Shown: positions 1-8,423 of the stretch, one piece after another | How the letters are laid out: each line of letters starts with the position of its first letter | Position numbering within the stretch: position 1 is the stretch's first letter | Source: Candidatus Sericytochromatia bacterium | GTDB lineage: Bacteria; Cyanobacteriota; Sericytochromatia; S15B-MN24; UBA4093 | Length of the DNA: 64,000 nucleotides | NCBI GenBank assembly: GCA_036676985.1 | Contig: JAKFBU010000027.1 | Location: 160,001 to 224,000 of the forward strand | Reading direction: 5' to 3' | The notes under the pieces: model-generated | What the model saw: the letters and a program-made list of their open reading frames with translations, nothing else | Databases searched by the model: none | Told to the model about the DNA's origin: nothing | Made by a program: the position numbers and the translations under genes

Positions 1-184
1 GGATCCGGTCGAAGTGGTACTGGCGGCCATAGCGGGAGTCGGCGTTGGCCCGCAGCAGGACCTTCAAGAGGGCCGCTTGGCGATCGCGGGGGCGAGCGAG
101 GGACGAGTGGAAGCGATGAGCGGCATGACGGCCGCTGAGGCGAACCAACTCGTTGGCAAGACGCATGCGGGAGGACAGGAACAT
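1..184 (-). CDS. GH3 (auxin-responsive promoter) family acyl-adenylate ligase, N-terminal part; runs off window start
   Basis: Not in ORF track. Manual translation MFLSSRMRLANELVRLSGRHAAHRFHSSLARPRDRQAALLKVLLRANADSRYGRQYHFDRI matches the GH3 N-terminal pattern Q..LL..LL..N..(T/S).YG..Y.F..I; AGGA upstream of ATG. Confidence 0.7.
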   Translation of the reverse strand, partial: MFLSSRMRLANELVRLSGRHAAHRFHSSLARPRDRQAALLKVLLRANADSRYGRQYHFDRI

Positions 185-210
185 GCTTCCTATTTACCCC
201 GCGGGGGCTC

Positions 211-972
211 CTAAGATCCCGCCAGCTCCCTCAGCACGCGGTCGATGAGGCGGCGGGACGGATTGAGCACCATGTCCATGTGGCTCAGGTCGGGCATCAC
301 GACCTTTCGGTGGGACGTGCCCGCGGGGACGGCAAGCTTGGTGACGGCGTCGTTCTCGACCTCGAGGACGCGCTCGAGGGCGGGCGCCTTTTTCACGAAC
401 TGCCCCATGTCGGGCAGGTGCGTCTCGAGCATGATCATGCCCTCCACCGGGACGCCCTGACGCTTCAGCTGCTCGGCGACCTCGCCGCCCATCTTGGAGC
501 CGTAGCTGTGGCCCAGCAGGAAGACTCGCTCGCCCCGGCGCAAGGGTGCTGCCTGGAGGTCGGAAGCGATGCCCTGCATGATGCGGCGCTCGCTCTTGTG
601 GGTGATGGGGTCCGTGAAGGGCTGCAGGAGGGCGGCGAGGCCGGACTTGGAGGCATAGGGAACAGGGACGGCACGGCCGACGCCTGCCTTCTCGAGCATG
701 GAGGCCCAGGGCTTGAGCCAGGCAGCACCCTGCTCGGCCACGCCGGGCCAGACGATCCCCGGAACGAGGTAGACTCGCACGTCCTTGAGCTTGGCTTCGA
801 GGTTGGACGAGAGGCGCAGGGAATCCTTGGCGAGGGTGGGCAGGCGGGTGATACCCTCACCGCCATAGCGGAAGCGCCGCTCGGAACCCGCCAAGCGCTC
901 GGAGAGCTCGTTCATCGCACGACCGAAGCGGTCGGCGAGGCTCCTTCCGGCTTGTGCGCTTCCGATCGACAT
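211..972 (-). CDS. Alpha/beta hydrolase (lipase/thioesterase-like)
   Basis: Nucleophile elbow LLGHSYG, candidate catalytic His in LSHMDM; GGGGAG RBS. Confidence 0.7.
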   Translation of the reverse strand: MSIGSAQAGRSLADRFGRAMNELSERLAGSERRFRYGGEGITRLPTLAKDSLRLSSNLEAKLKDVRVYLVPGIVWPGVAEQGAAWLKPWASMLEKAGVGRAVPVPYASKSGLAALLQPFTDPITHKSERRIMQGIASDLQAAPLRRGERVFLLGHSYGSKMGGEVAEQLKRQGVPVEGMIMLETHLPDMGQFVKKAPALERVLEVENDAVTKLAVPAGTSHRKVVMPDLSHMDMVLNPSRRLIDRVLRELAGS

Positions 973-1212
973 GCGGAACTCCCCCTTTCTTCCCGAGGAC
1001 GTTGTCGGGCGCCGCCCGCTCGTCCTTGCAGCGCATGGTCGAAATTTAAGCAGGTGTTAACTCACATGGCGACCGTACGTTCCGTGCTCCGCGCCGCATC
1101 TCACGATCAGCCGACGTTCGATCGCATGGAAAGCGCTCGTGACACCTATTTTGAATTTGGGTAGAGCATGATTAGTGGCTTCTAATCCCCGCGTCCGGAA
1201 AGGACCCTTCCC

Positions 1213-1947
1213 TTGAGATTGATTGGCAGCGTCACCACCCCGAAAGAGCTCACCGAAACCCAGCGCGACCGCATGTACGAGCTGATGGCCGCGCACTTCG
1301 ACAACGTGGCGCGCGACACCTTCGAATCGGACCTCTCCGAGAAGCGCTGGGTGGTGCTGCTGCGCGATCGCGTCCTCGGAGAGATCCAGGGCTTCTCGAC
1401 GCTCATGCTGCTGGACGCGGTGGTCGCGGGCGAGCCCATCAAGGCCGTCTTCTCGGGCGACACCATCGTGCACCGGGAGTACTGGGGCGAGACCGAGCTG
1501 GCGAGCGTCTGGGGGAAGTTCATCTTCTCCCTGATCCACTCCTATCGCGGCACGAAGTTCTACTGGTTCCTCATCTCGAAGGGCTACCGGACTTACAAGT
1601 TCCTGCCGGTGTACTTCAAGGACTTCTATCCGCGCTACGATCGCGAAACGCCGGAGTTCGAGGCGGAGCTCATGGCGACGCTCGCGGACCTCAAGTTCCC
1701 CGGACACTACGACCGGGAGCGCGGGATCCTGCGCTTCGACGGCTCCAAGGACCGCTTAAACCACGACCTGGCGGAGGTCAGCGAGCTGCGGCTGAACCAC
1801 CCGCACACGCGCTTCTTCCACGCGAAGAACCCGGGCTACGTCGACGGTGACGAGCTCGTGTGCCTGGCCGAGCTGACAGAGGAGAACCTCCAGTCCATCG
1901 CCCTGCGGATCCTGGCCCGGGGGGCGGAGAAGACGGCCATTTCCTAG
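1213..1947 (+). CDS. Conserved hypothetical protein, GNAT-like fold
   Basis: 244 aa, host-like codon usage, AAAGGA RBS + TTG; motifs IQGFST, FSGDTIV..EYWG, WFLISKGYRTY, GDELVC. Confidence 0.7.
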   Translation: MRLIGSVTTPKELTETQRDRMYELMAAHFDNVARDTFESDLSEKRWVVLLRDRVLGEIQGFSTLMLLDAVVAGEPIKAVFSGDTIVHREYWGETELASVWGKFIFSLIHSYRGTKFYWFLISKGYRTYKFLPVYFKDFYPRYDRETPEFEAELMATLADLKFPGHYDRERGILRFDGSKDRLNHDLAEVSELRLNHPHTRFFHAKNPGYVDGDELVCLAELTEENLQSIALRILARGAEKTAIS

Positions 1948-1976
1948 GGGCTGCCCGCACGTCCGGAGGGCACGGT

Positions 1977-2089
1977 CCTGGACCCCCGCATTCGCGAGGG
2001 TGACGGACCGGTCACTAACGCTCGAAACGTACTCACAAGTAGACCTGAGTTGGCGCTCCCGTCACCCTCGCGAAAGCGGGGGTCCAGGA
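1977..2089. repeat. REP doublet (CGTC-tagged palindromes in inverted orientation)
   Basis: cctggacccccgcattcgcgagggtgacgg (1977-2006) is the reverse complement of ccgtcaccctcgcgaaagcgggggtccagg (2059-2088) with 1 mismatch; same family at 60587-60726. Confidence 0.85.
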
Positions 2090-2104
2090 TTGGGTCTACG
2101 AGCA

Positions 2105-2157
2105 CAACCTAAGCAGAGAGGGCTTCCCGATTCGGGAAGCCCTCTCTGCTTAGGTTG
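2105..2157. terminator. Perfect 25-bp stem hairpin between convergent genes
   Basis: caacctaagcagagagggcttcccg-att-cgggaagccctctctgcttaggttg. Confidence 0.7.
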
Positions 2158-2168
2158 GTGGCTGACGC

Positions 2169-3257
2169 CTAGTTGCCGTAGAAGCGCTTCATGCCGCTGT
2201 AGGCCGCCTCGTACTTGTTGCTGGCGTTCCACATCATGTAGCCGACAGCCTTCTCGTCACGGGCCGCCTTCATCTGGGTGGTGACGTAGTGGGGGCCGAA
2301 GTTGGAGACGCGCCAGGGGAAGGCCTGGAGCCAGGGACGGATCGTGACGCCCGAGCCCTCCGTGACCTTGGCAAGACGCTTCACGCCGCTGCCGACGAAG
2401 TAGTAGGGCTCGTTTGCCGGGTTCTTGTACTTGTCGAAGCCGGGGCCGAAGTGCGACGGGTACACCATCGGGCAGATGAAGTCGGTGTGCTTCGCCAGAT
2501 CCTGGACGCGCTGGCCCGTGATCCGCTCGTCGATGTTCTGCTGCCAGGCGATGACGCCGTAAACGTCAATGCTGACGAGCTTGCCGGCCGCATGGACCTC
2601 GTTGGAGGCGCGCTTGAGGAAGCCCGTGATGACCGTGTGCTTGGGGGTCTTCTCGGGATCGAAGCCGTAGGCGATCTCCTTGACCTTGCCCTGGGCCGGG
2701 TAGCGGATGTAGTCGAACTGGATCTCGTCCACGCCGAGGGCGAGGAGCTCCTTGGCGAGGTCCAGGTTGTACTGCTGGACCGCGGGCAGGTTGGGGTTGG
2801 ACCATGCCGGCTTGCCCTTCTCGAGGAAGAGGCCGCCCGACTTGGTCTTGAGGGCCAGATCCGGGCGCTTCTTGGCGAGGATCGGGTCATGGAACAGGCA
2901 AATGCGGCTCACGACGTGGATGCCGTTGGCCTTGAGGTAGTCCACGCGCTTCTTGATGTCGCGCAGCGGCCCCTCCTTGGAGGCGCCGATCTCCTTGGCG
3001 AGGGGGACGTTCGTCGGGTACGACACGATGCCGTCCTCGTTCTTGCCGTCGAAGACGACGGTGTTGCCACCGGACTTCTTGAGCCCGTCGACCAGCTTGT
3101 AGAAGCGATCAATCTGCATGGAGGTCGCGGTCAGGTAGATGCCGCGGGCCTCGAAGTTCTTGGACTTCTGGGCGGCCAGGGCGGAGGGGGTGGCGACGGA
3201 GGTGAATGCGATCGCGCCGATCAGGGCGGAAAGCCCAATACGGGTGACGGTGTTCAT
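2169..3257 (-). CDS. Secreted putative glycoside hydrolase (DUF4015-like)
   Basis: Signal peptide MNTVTRIGLSALIGAIAF; motifs RGIYLT, EIQFDYIRYP, SIDVYG, PMVYPSH, RPWLQAF, WNASNKY; GAGGA RBS before 3257. Confidence 0.8.
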   Translation of the reverse strand: MNTVTRIGLSALIGAIAFTSVATPSALAAQKSKNFEARGIYLTATSMQIDRFYKLVDGLKKSGGNTVVFDGKNEDGIVSYPTNVPLAKEIGASKEGPLRDIKKRVDYLKANGIHVVSRICLFHDPILAKKRPDLALKTKSGGLFLEKGKPAWSNPNLPAVQQYNLDLAKELLALGVDEIQFDYIRYPAQGKVKEIAYGFDPEKTPKHTVITGFLKRASNEVHAAGKLVSIDVYGVIAWQQNIDERITGQRVQDLAKHTDFICPMVYPSHFGPGFDKYKNPANEPYYFVGSGVKRLAKVTEGSGVTIRPWLQAFPWRVSNFGPHYVTTQMKAARDEKAVGYMMWNASNKYEAAYSGMKRFYGN

Positions 3258-3461
3258 GGAGTCCTCATCGGATGATAGGGGGGTGGCAGGTGGGCCATTC
3301 GGGCCACCCCTCTTATACCGCAAGGCGATCGAGTTTACTAGCGCCGTGACGATTCGGCGGCAAGAGTTAATGTTTTGGCAACCTTTCGGTCCTCCGCCCG
3401 CTCCATGGGCCTGATGCTAAGCTAAGATCCGGACCGGGACATGGCTCCAAGGAGGGCGCAA

Positions 3462-3902
3462 ATGGGCAACCTGGCCAAGACGGCGGTGGTAGCCGTTCTT
3501 GTCGGCTCGCTCACCGGGTGCTACGGCATCCGCTACAACGCGAGCTCGCTTCCCGATGACGCCGCGAGCATGACCTCCGTCTCCACGGGGATCGAGGGCC
3601 GCCACTTCGTCACCAAGCGGAAGGTCTCGTATCTCTTCTGGGGCCTCTTGCCCCTTTCCAGCCTGGATCTCGCGCAGGTGATCCGCCAGGAGGCTGGCCA
3701 GCGCCGCGCAGTGAACCTCCAGATCCAGTCCGCGATGGCGCCCATGGATGGCCTGATCTGGGTGGGCGGCGGCGTGGCCGCGACCACCCTGCTCTCGCTG
3801 GTGGGGTTAGCCGCGGTGGGGCCGCTCGTCGGCATGGCCCTCGTGCCCCACACCCAGACCATCACCATCGAGGGGGATCTGATCCAGGAAGGCGGGCGTT
3901 GA
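3462..3902 (+). CDS. Lipoprotein, Bor/Iss-like, with extra hydrophobic hairpin
   Basis: AAGGAGG RBS, lipobox LTGC, YLFWGL motif, C-terminal TITIEGD. Confidence 0.65.
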   Translation: MGNLAKTAVVAVLVGSLTGCYGIRYNASSLPDDAASMTSVSTGIEGRHFVTKRKVSYLFWGLLPLSSLDLAQVIRQEAGQRRAVNLQIQSAMAPMDGLIWVGGGVAATTLLSLVGLAAVGPLVGMALVPHTQTITIEGDLIQEGGR

Positions 3903-3912
3903 GCCCAAACGA

Positions 3913-3944
3913 TCGAGGGCCCGCTCATTTGAGCGGGCCCTCGA
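3913..3944. terminator. Hairpin between convergent genes
   Basis: tcgagggcccgctc-attt-gagcgggccctcga. Confidence 0.65.
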
Positions 3945-3954
3945 AAGGTCGGTG

Positions 3955-5592
3955 TTACTCGCTGTAGACGACCTGGGACGGCTTGCGCATCAGGCGGCGA
4001 TTGCCGTACCGGTTACGCGACGAGCGGCGCTCGCTGGCGTCGTCCTTACCCTCGGCGTCCGCGGGTTGCTGGTCGAGCAGCCGGCGACCGGTCGACGACT
4101 GGCTCAATAGGGCCGCGACGAGGCGCTCCGCGTCGGTCTGCCGCAGCAACTCCTGGGCGATGGCGCGGTAGGCATCCGCCTGACCGTTCGCCGCCTGCAG
4201 GATGGCGTCGGCCGAGACCTTGGGGCGGGCCGGGCGTTGCTCCTGCTGACGGGGAGCCTCACTGCGCCGACCGCGCTCCCGGGGCTCCGCGCCCTGCTGG
4301 CGCTGAGACTCGGGGCGCCGCACGTCCCGGGCGGCCTCCGGGCGACGCTCCTCGCGAGCGGGTTCGGGGCGCCGCTCCTCGCGGGCCGGACGCGCCGCCT
4401 CGGGCTTGCGCTCGACCGGGGGACGCGCCGCAGGCGCCTTGCGTTCCGCCTGAGGGGCGGGTTCGCCCTGCTTGCGGGCGGCCTCCGCCTGCTTGCGGGC
4501 GCTATCGGCCAGGTCCTGCTGGATCTTGGCGAACGAGCGGTCTTCTTCCTGCGTGACGAGCGTGATGCAGACGCCCTTCTTGCCCGCGCGGCCCGTGCGG
4601 CCCGAGCGGTGGACGTAGGTCTCGGTGTCCTGCGGGACCGTCAGGTTGAAGACGTGCGAGATGCCGTTGATGTCCAGGCCGCGGGCCGCCACGTCGGTGG
4701 CGACCAGGATGTTGATCTCGCGCCGCTTGAACTGGTCCATGGTCGCGTTGCGCTGGGCCTGGTTCATGTCGCCGTTGAGGAAGCCGGCCCTGACGCCCGC
4801 CGCCTTGAGCTTGCGGGCGACGCTCGACGTCTCGCTCTTGCGCTTGCAGAAGACGAACGCCATCTCGGGCGGCTCCTTCTGCAAGATGGTGATGAGGGCG
4901 TCGATGCGGTTGGACTCGCTGACCCGCACGAAGCGGTGCGTGATGTCCGTGGGGGTGGTCAGGCCGCTGCTGACGGCGATCTTCTCGGCGTTGCGCATGT
5001 ACTTGCGCGCGATGTTCTCGATGACCTTGGGGAAGGTGGCGGAGAACAGCAGCGTGGTCCGGGGCTGGGGAACGGCGTCCAGCAGGAACTCCAGGTCGTC
5101 CTTGAAGCCCATGTCGAGCATCTCATCCGCCTCGTCCAGTACGACGGTCTTGCAGCTGTTGAGGTTGAGGTTCCCGCGGGAAATGTGGTCGCGCAGGCGT
5201 CCCGGGGTTCCGACGATGACCGAGGCCCACGCGAGGTCCGTCATCTGGGTGTCCATCTTGATCCCGCCGTAGATGGCGGCCACCAGCACGCCCAGGTGTC
5301 CGCCGATCTTGTTGATCTCCTCGGCGACCTGGATGGCCAGCTCGCGCGTAGGCGTGATGATGAGGACCTGGGTGTCCGGGTTGGTGGGGTCGAGGTTGGC
5401 GAGGATCGGAAGTCCGAAGGCGAGGGTCTTACCGGAACCGGTCTTGGCCTGGACCAGCAGGTCCTTGCCCTTCAGGACCTCGGGAATGGCCGCCGCTTGG
5501 ACCGGGGTCGGCTTGGTGAACCCCATGGTGCGAACCCCGTCGAGGATTCCGGGCGGCAGATCGAAGTCATCAAACGTCATGATTTCTGGCAA
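3955..5592 (-). CDS. DEAD-box ATP-dependent RNA helicase (CshA/DeaD-like)
   Basis: Q motif PTPVQ, AKTGSGKT, PTRELA, DEAD, SAT, ARGLD, HRSGRTGR; AAGGAG RBS. Confidence 0.95.
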   Translation of the reverse strand: MPEIMTFDDFDLPPGILDGVRTMGFTKPTPVQAAAIPEVLKGKDLLVQAKTGSGKTLAFGLPILANLDPTNPDTQVLIITPTRELAIQVAEEINKIGGHLGVLVAAIYGGIKMDTQMTDLAWASVIVGTPGRLRDHISRGNLNLNSCKTVVLDEADEMLDMGFKDDLEFLLDAVPQPRTTLLFSATFPKVIENIARKYMRNAEKIAVSSGLTTPTDITHRFVRVSESNRIDALITILQKEPPEMAFVFCKRKSETSSVARKLKAAGVRAGFLNGDMNQAQRNATMDQFKRREINILVATDVAARGLDINGISHVFNLTVPQDTETYVHRSGRTGRAGKKGVCITLVTQEEDRSFAKIQQDLADSARKQAEAARKQGEPAPQAERKAPAARPPVERKPEAARPAREERRPEPAREERRPEAARDVRRPESQRQQGAEPRERGRRSEAPRQQEQRPARPKVSADAILQAANGQADAYRAIAQELLRQTDAERLVAALLSQSSTGRRLLDQQPADAEGKDDASERRSSRNRYGNRRLMRKPSQVVYSE

Positions 5593-5778
5593 AAGTCGTT
5601 GCCACTCCTTTGTGATCAGCTCCAGCCGGCACGGCCGTTCGTTCGGCGGCCTGGCGAGCTCGTCGGGAGGGGATCCGGGGCCGTTTGGGACGGCCGATAG
5701 CTACTCCCCGTCGCTTAACACTATAGCACGAGGCCGGATAACCCGCGAAGCATCAAGCAGTACCGGCATCGCCGCCGT

Positions 5779-6072
5779 CTACTCCTCGATGTCGAGGATG
5801 ACGCGGTGCTCCATGATCGGCGTGAGATAGGTCGCGAGCGCCTCGACATGGGCGGGGTGCTGCAGGTAGCGCCCCACGGCATGCATGTCGTCGAAGGTGG
5901 CGTTCAGGACGTACGAGACGCTCGGGTCCCGATCCGTCAGGTTGGGGCAGACCGAGAGGGTCCGGATCTCGGGGATCTCTTCGGCAAGGGCCCGGAAGGC
6001 GGCCAGGAAGCATGTGACCTGCTCGGGGGTCGTGTCAGGCTTGAATCGGAAGCCGACGATGTGGCGGATCAT
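5779..6072 (-). CDS. Dabb family (stress-responsive A/B barrel) protein
   Basis: MIRHIVGFRFK...YLQHPAH pattern. Confidence 0.85.
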   Translation of the reverse strand: MIRHIVGFRFKPDTTPEQVTCFLAAFRALAEEIPEIRTLSVCPNLTDRDPSVSYVLNATFDDMHAVGRYLQHPAHVEALATYLTPIMEHRVILDIEE

Positions 6073-6197
6073 GGGGCGGTCTCCTTCGACGTCTTGGGGG
6101 CCATGTTACCCCGGAAAGCCGGGTTTTTGGATGTGAAGTTTCGCTACCGGTGCGCGCGTGACGCCCGCCATGCCTTATAATGACGGCAGGAGTAACC

Positions 6198-6803
6198 ATG
6201 ATGAGCCTGGCCACGCAAGAATGCCCGCCCATGACCTGCCTCAAGGCCCCCACCGACGAGCGGTGGCTCGAGCAGGTCCTACGGCATACCGAGCAGCTCT
6301 TGGCGGACCACGCGCACTGCGAGAAGAAGGCCGCGGCCACCGCCATGAGCCTCATCGCCCGGTATCCCGACGATCGGGTGCTGGTCCGCAGCATGCTCCA
6401 CCTGGCCCAGGAAGAGCTGGAGCACTTCGCCCGGCTCTACGCCATCCTCGAGGCCCGCGACATCCCCTTGGGACGCATCGAGAGCGATCGCTACGTCAAG
6501 GAACTGCTCGCGCTGTGCCGCCAGAACGGTGCGGAGCACCTCGTCGATCGCCTGCTCGTGCTCAGCCTGGTCGAGGCTCGGAGCTGCGAACGCTTCGTCC
6601 TCCTGGCCAGGCACTTGCCCGATCCGGAGCTGCAGACGCTCTATCATGAGCTCTCGTTCTCGGAGGCGGGCCATCATCAGTTGTTCGTGAACCTCGCCGG
6701 GCACCACCTGCCGAAGTCGGAGGTGGCCGCTCGCCTGGACGAGCTCACGACCCATGAGGCGGAGATCCTCCGCCGCCTACCCCCCGGCCCCCGAATGCAT
6801 TAG
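6198..6803 (+). CDS. miaE: tRNA-(ms2io6A) hydroxylase
   Basis: DHAHCEKKAA, EELEHF, EARSCERF, SEAGH, C-terminal RMH; TATAAT at 6176 and AGGAG RBS before 6198. Confidence 0.93.
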   Translation: MMSLATQECPPMTCLKAPTDERWLEQVLRHTEQLLADHAHCEKKAAATAMSLIARYPDDRVLVRSMLHLAQEELEHFARLYAILEARDIPLGRIESDRYVKELLALCRQNGAEHLVDRLLVLSLVEARSCERFVLLARHLPDPELQTLYHELSFSEAGHHQLFVNLAGHHLPKSEVAARLDELTTHEAEILRRLPPGPRMH

Positions 6804-6830
6804 CATTCCAATTTCAGACTGGAGGCAGCT

Positions 6831-7238
6831 TTGAATCATCGCGCAATCGCCAAATTTCAGGATCCTGGCATCAAGGAGCAGTACCTCGAGAAGTACGGCG
6901 ATCCGCTCGAGGAGGTCTCGCCCCAGGATCTCATGGACCTGATGGAGAACCTCTGGCTCTCGACGCGCGGCAGCTACGCCACCCTGCGCGACTCCTTGAC
7001 CCGCAAGGGGATGGACCCCTGGACCAACCGTCAGGAACTGGCGCAGGCTTACTTCAAGGCCATGTACCTCCGCGAGCACGACCTGGACGAAGAATCCGAC
7101 AAGAGCAAGGTCGAGGACGTGACGGACTTCATCCGCGTTCGCATCCTGGACCACATCCGCGAGTTCCAGGCCATGGAAGCCGAGCAGGACGCGCGCTCGC
7201 GCGACAAGTTCGGCATCCGCATGCCCCGCGGCTACTAG
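6831..7238 (+). CDS. Hypothetical protein
   Basis: GGAGG RBS + TTG, strong host codon usage, no recognised motif. Confidence 0.75.
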   Translation: MNHRAIAKFQDPGIKEQYLEKYGDPLEEVSPQDLMDLMENLWLSTRGSYATLRDSLTRKGMDPWTNRQELAQAYFKAMYLREHDLDEESDKSKVEDVTDFIRVRILDHIREFQAMEAEQDARSRDKFGIRMPRGY

Positions 7239-7242
7239 GTAG

Positions 7243-7782
7243 CTAGCTGTTCAGCGGGCCGGAAGCGTCCCGCGCCGCCAGGTGGATCCTCCGCACGGAG
7301 GCCACCAGGCGTCCGAGCAGGTCCTCGAGGCAATCGTCGCTCTGAACGGTGATCCACATCTCGTCCTCGACGAGGGGCTCATCCGAGACGCGCCCGCCTT
7401 CCTCCTCAACCTGCTCGCGAATGGCCGCCTCCGTGGCGATGCGTCGCCCGGCGACCAACTCTGCGGCCACCAGGACCAAGACCCCGCGGCCGACGGCCGC
7501 CATGGGCTTGGCATCGATCTCGAACTGGGTCACGAACTCCAGGGCCGCCTCGTCCGCGACGAACCGCGACACGTAGGGCCCGTTCGGAATCACCAGCGCA
7601 TCGAACCACGTCTCGCTCGCCTCGCCGGGGCGCATGTCCGCGGTCTCCGCTTCCCCCTCAGAGGGACCGATCACGTAGACCTCCGCCCCCTCCCGGCACA
7701 GCCCGGAGCGAAGGGCCTCCAGCGCCCGATCTCCATGCGCGGCGGTCCCCAGGACCGCGATCGTCTTGCCGTCGAGGGTCAT
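7243..7782 (-). CDS. DJ-1/PfpI family protein lacking the catalytic Cys
   Basis: LDGKTIAVL, FDALVIPNG, KPMAAVGRG (canonical KPIAAICHG); GAGGAG RBS. Confidence 0.8.
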   Translation of the reverse strand: MTLDGKTIAVLGTAAHGDRALEALRSGLCREGAEVYVIGPSEGEAETADMRPGEASETWFDALVIPNGPYVSRFVADEAALEFVTQFEIDAKPMAAVGRGVLVLVAAELVAGRRIATEAAIREQVEEEGGRVSDEPLVEDEMWITVQSDDCLEDLLGRLVASVRRIHLAARDASGPLNS

Positions 7783-7819
7783 GGGAGCTCCTCTGTGCGG
7801 CCGCTCCGCGGCTCATCGG

Positions 7820-8200
7820 TTAGTGGGAGTCGATGGCGATCTGCGCCTGCTGGGCGTCCTGGCGCCCCTTGTCGTCGATGACGCGGGCCGTGATGGTCAC
7901 CATCCCCGTCTGACCGAAGCCGTTGGTGGGGGCGGTCCACACGGGGCTGGGCACGCTGCCGTCCGAGAGCGTCCCCGCCGTGGCCTCCCAGCGGTAGGTC
8001 AACTTGGAATCGTCGGGGCTCTGGGCCGTCACGTGCAGGTTGACCACGCCGCCCGGGGCGACCCGGTTGGTCGGCACCTGAAGGGCCGTGATGCGCGGCC
8101 GCTTGCTGGCGTCGAAGGTCTGCTCGGGTGAAACGGAGCAGCCGGCGACCACTAGCCCGGTCACGACCAGTCCCATGCCAACGTTCCGCAAGACGCTCAT
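7820..8200 (-). CDS. Lipoprotein with PKD/Ig-like domain
   Basis: Lipobox VAGC; LTYRW...GTLS...WTAP...VIDDKG; start reassigned to 8200 (GGGGAG RBS). Confidence 0.75.
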   Translation of the reverse strand: MSVLRNVGMGLVVTGLVVAGCSVSPEQTFDASKRPRITALQVPTNRVAPGGVVNLHVTAQSPDDSKLTYRWEATAGTLSDGSVPSPVWTAPTNGFGQTGMVTITARVIDDKGRQDAQQAQIAIDSH

Positions 8201-8374
8201 GCGGCTCCCCCTTCGGCTCACCTCTTGGTGGTTCCCGTCCGTCCGCGACGTCGCGGCCAGGACGCTCGCTCCCATCCTAGCCTTTCGAGCCCCCTGCTCG
8301 CAAGACTCCGGTGCCCTTCCCGTCGGGACGAAACGGCCAAAGAGGGGCGCGTCCCCCACCTGGCCGCCAAGACT

Positions 8375-8401
8375 TGGTAGAATGTAACGACGTCGTTACA
8401 T
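8375..8401 (+). promoter_or_regulatory. Extended -10 (TGgTAGAAT) overlapped by a perfect 20-bp palindromic operator
   Basis: atgtaacgac|gtcgttacat at 8382-8401, upstream of the histidine kinase. Confidence 0.65.
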
Positions 8402-8423
8402 CTCGCCCCGGAGGGAACGCCAC

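Noticed and set aside
14-214. 66-aa ORF on + strand
   Set aside because: Antisense to the GH3-like frame, which has a family motif and an RBS
4290-4400. EERRPE-type repeats in the DEAD helicase tail
   Set aside because: Ordinary low-complexity tail of RNA helicases
8382-8401. NtcA site
   Set aside because: Spacing is GTA-N10-TAC, not GTA-N8-TAC
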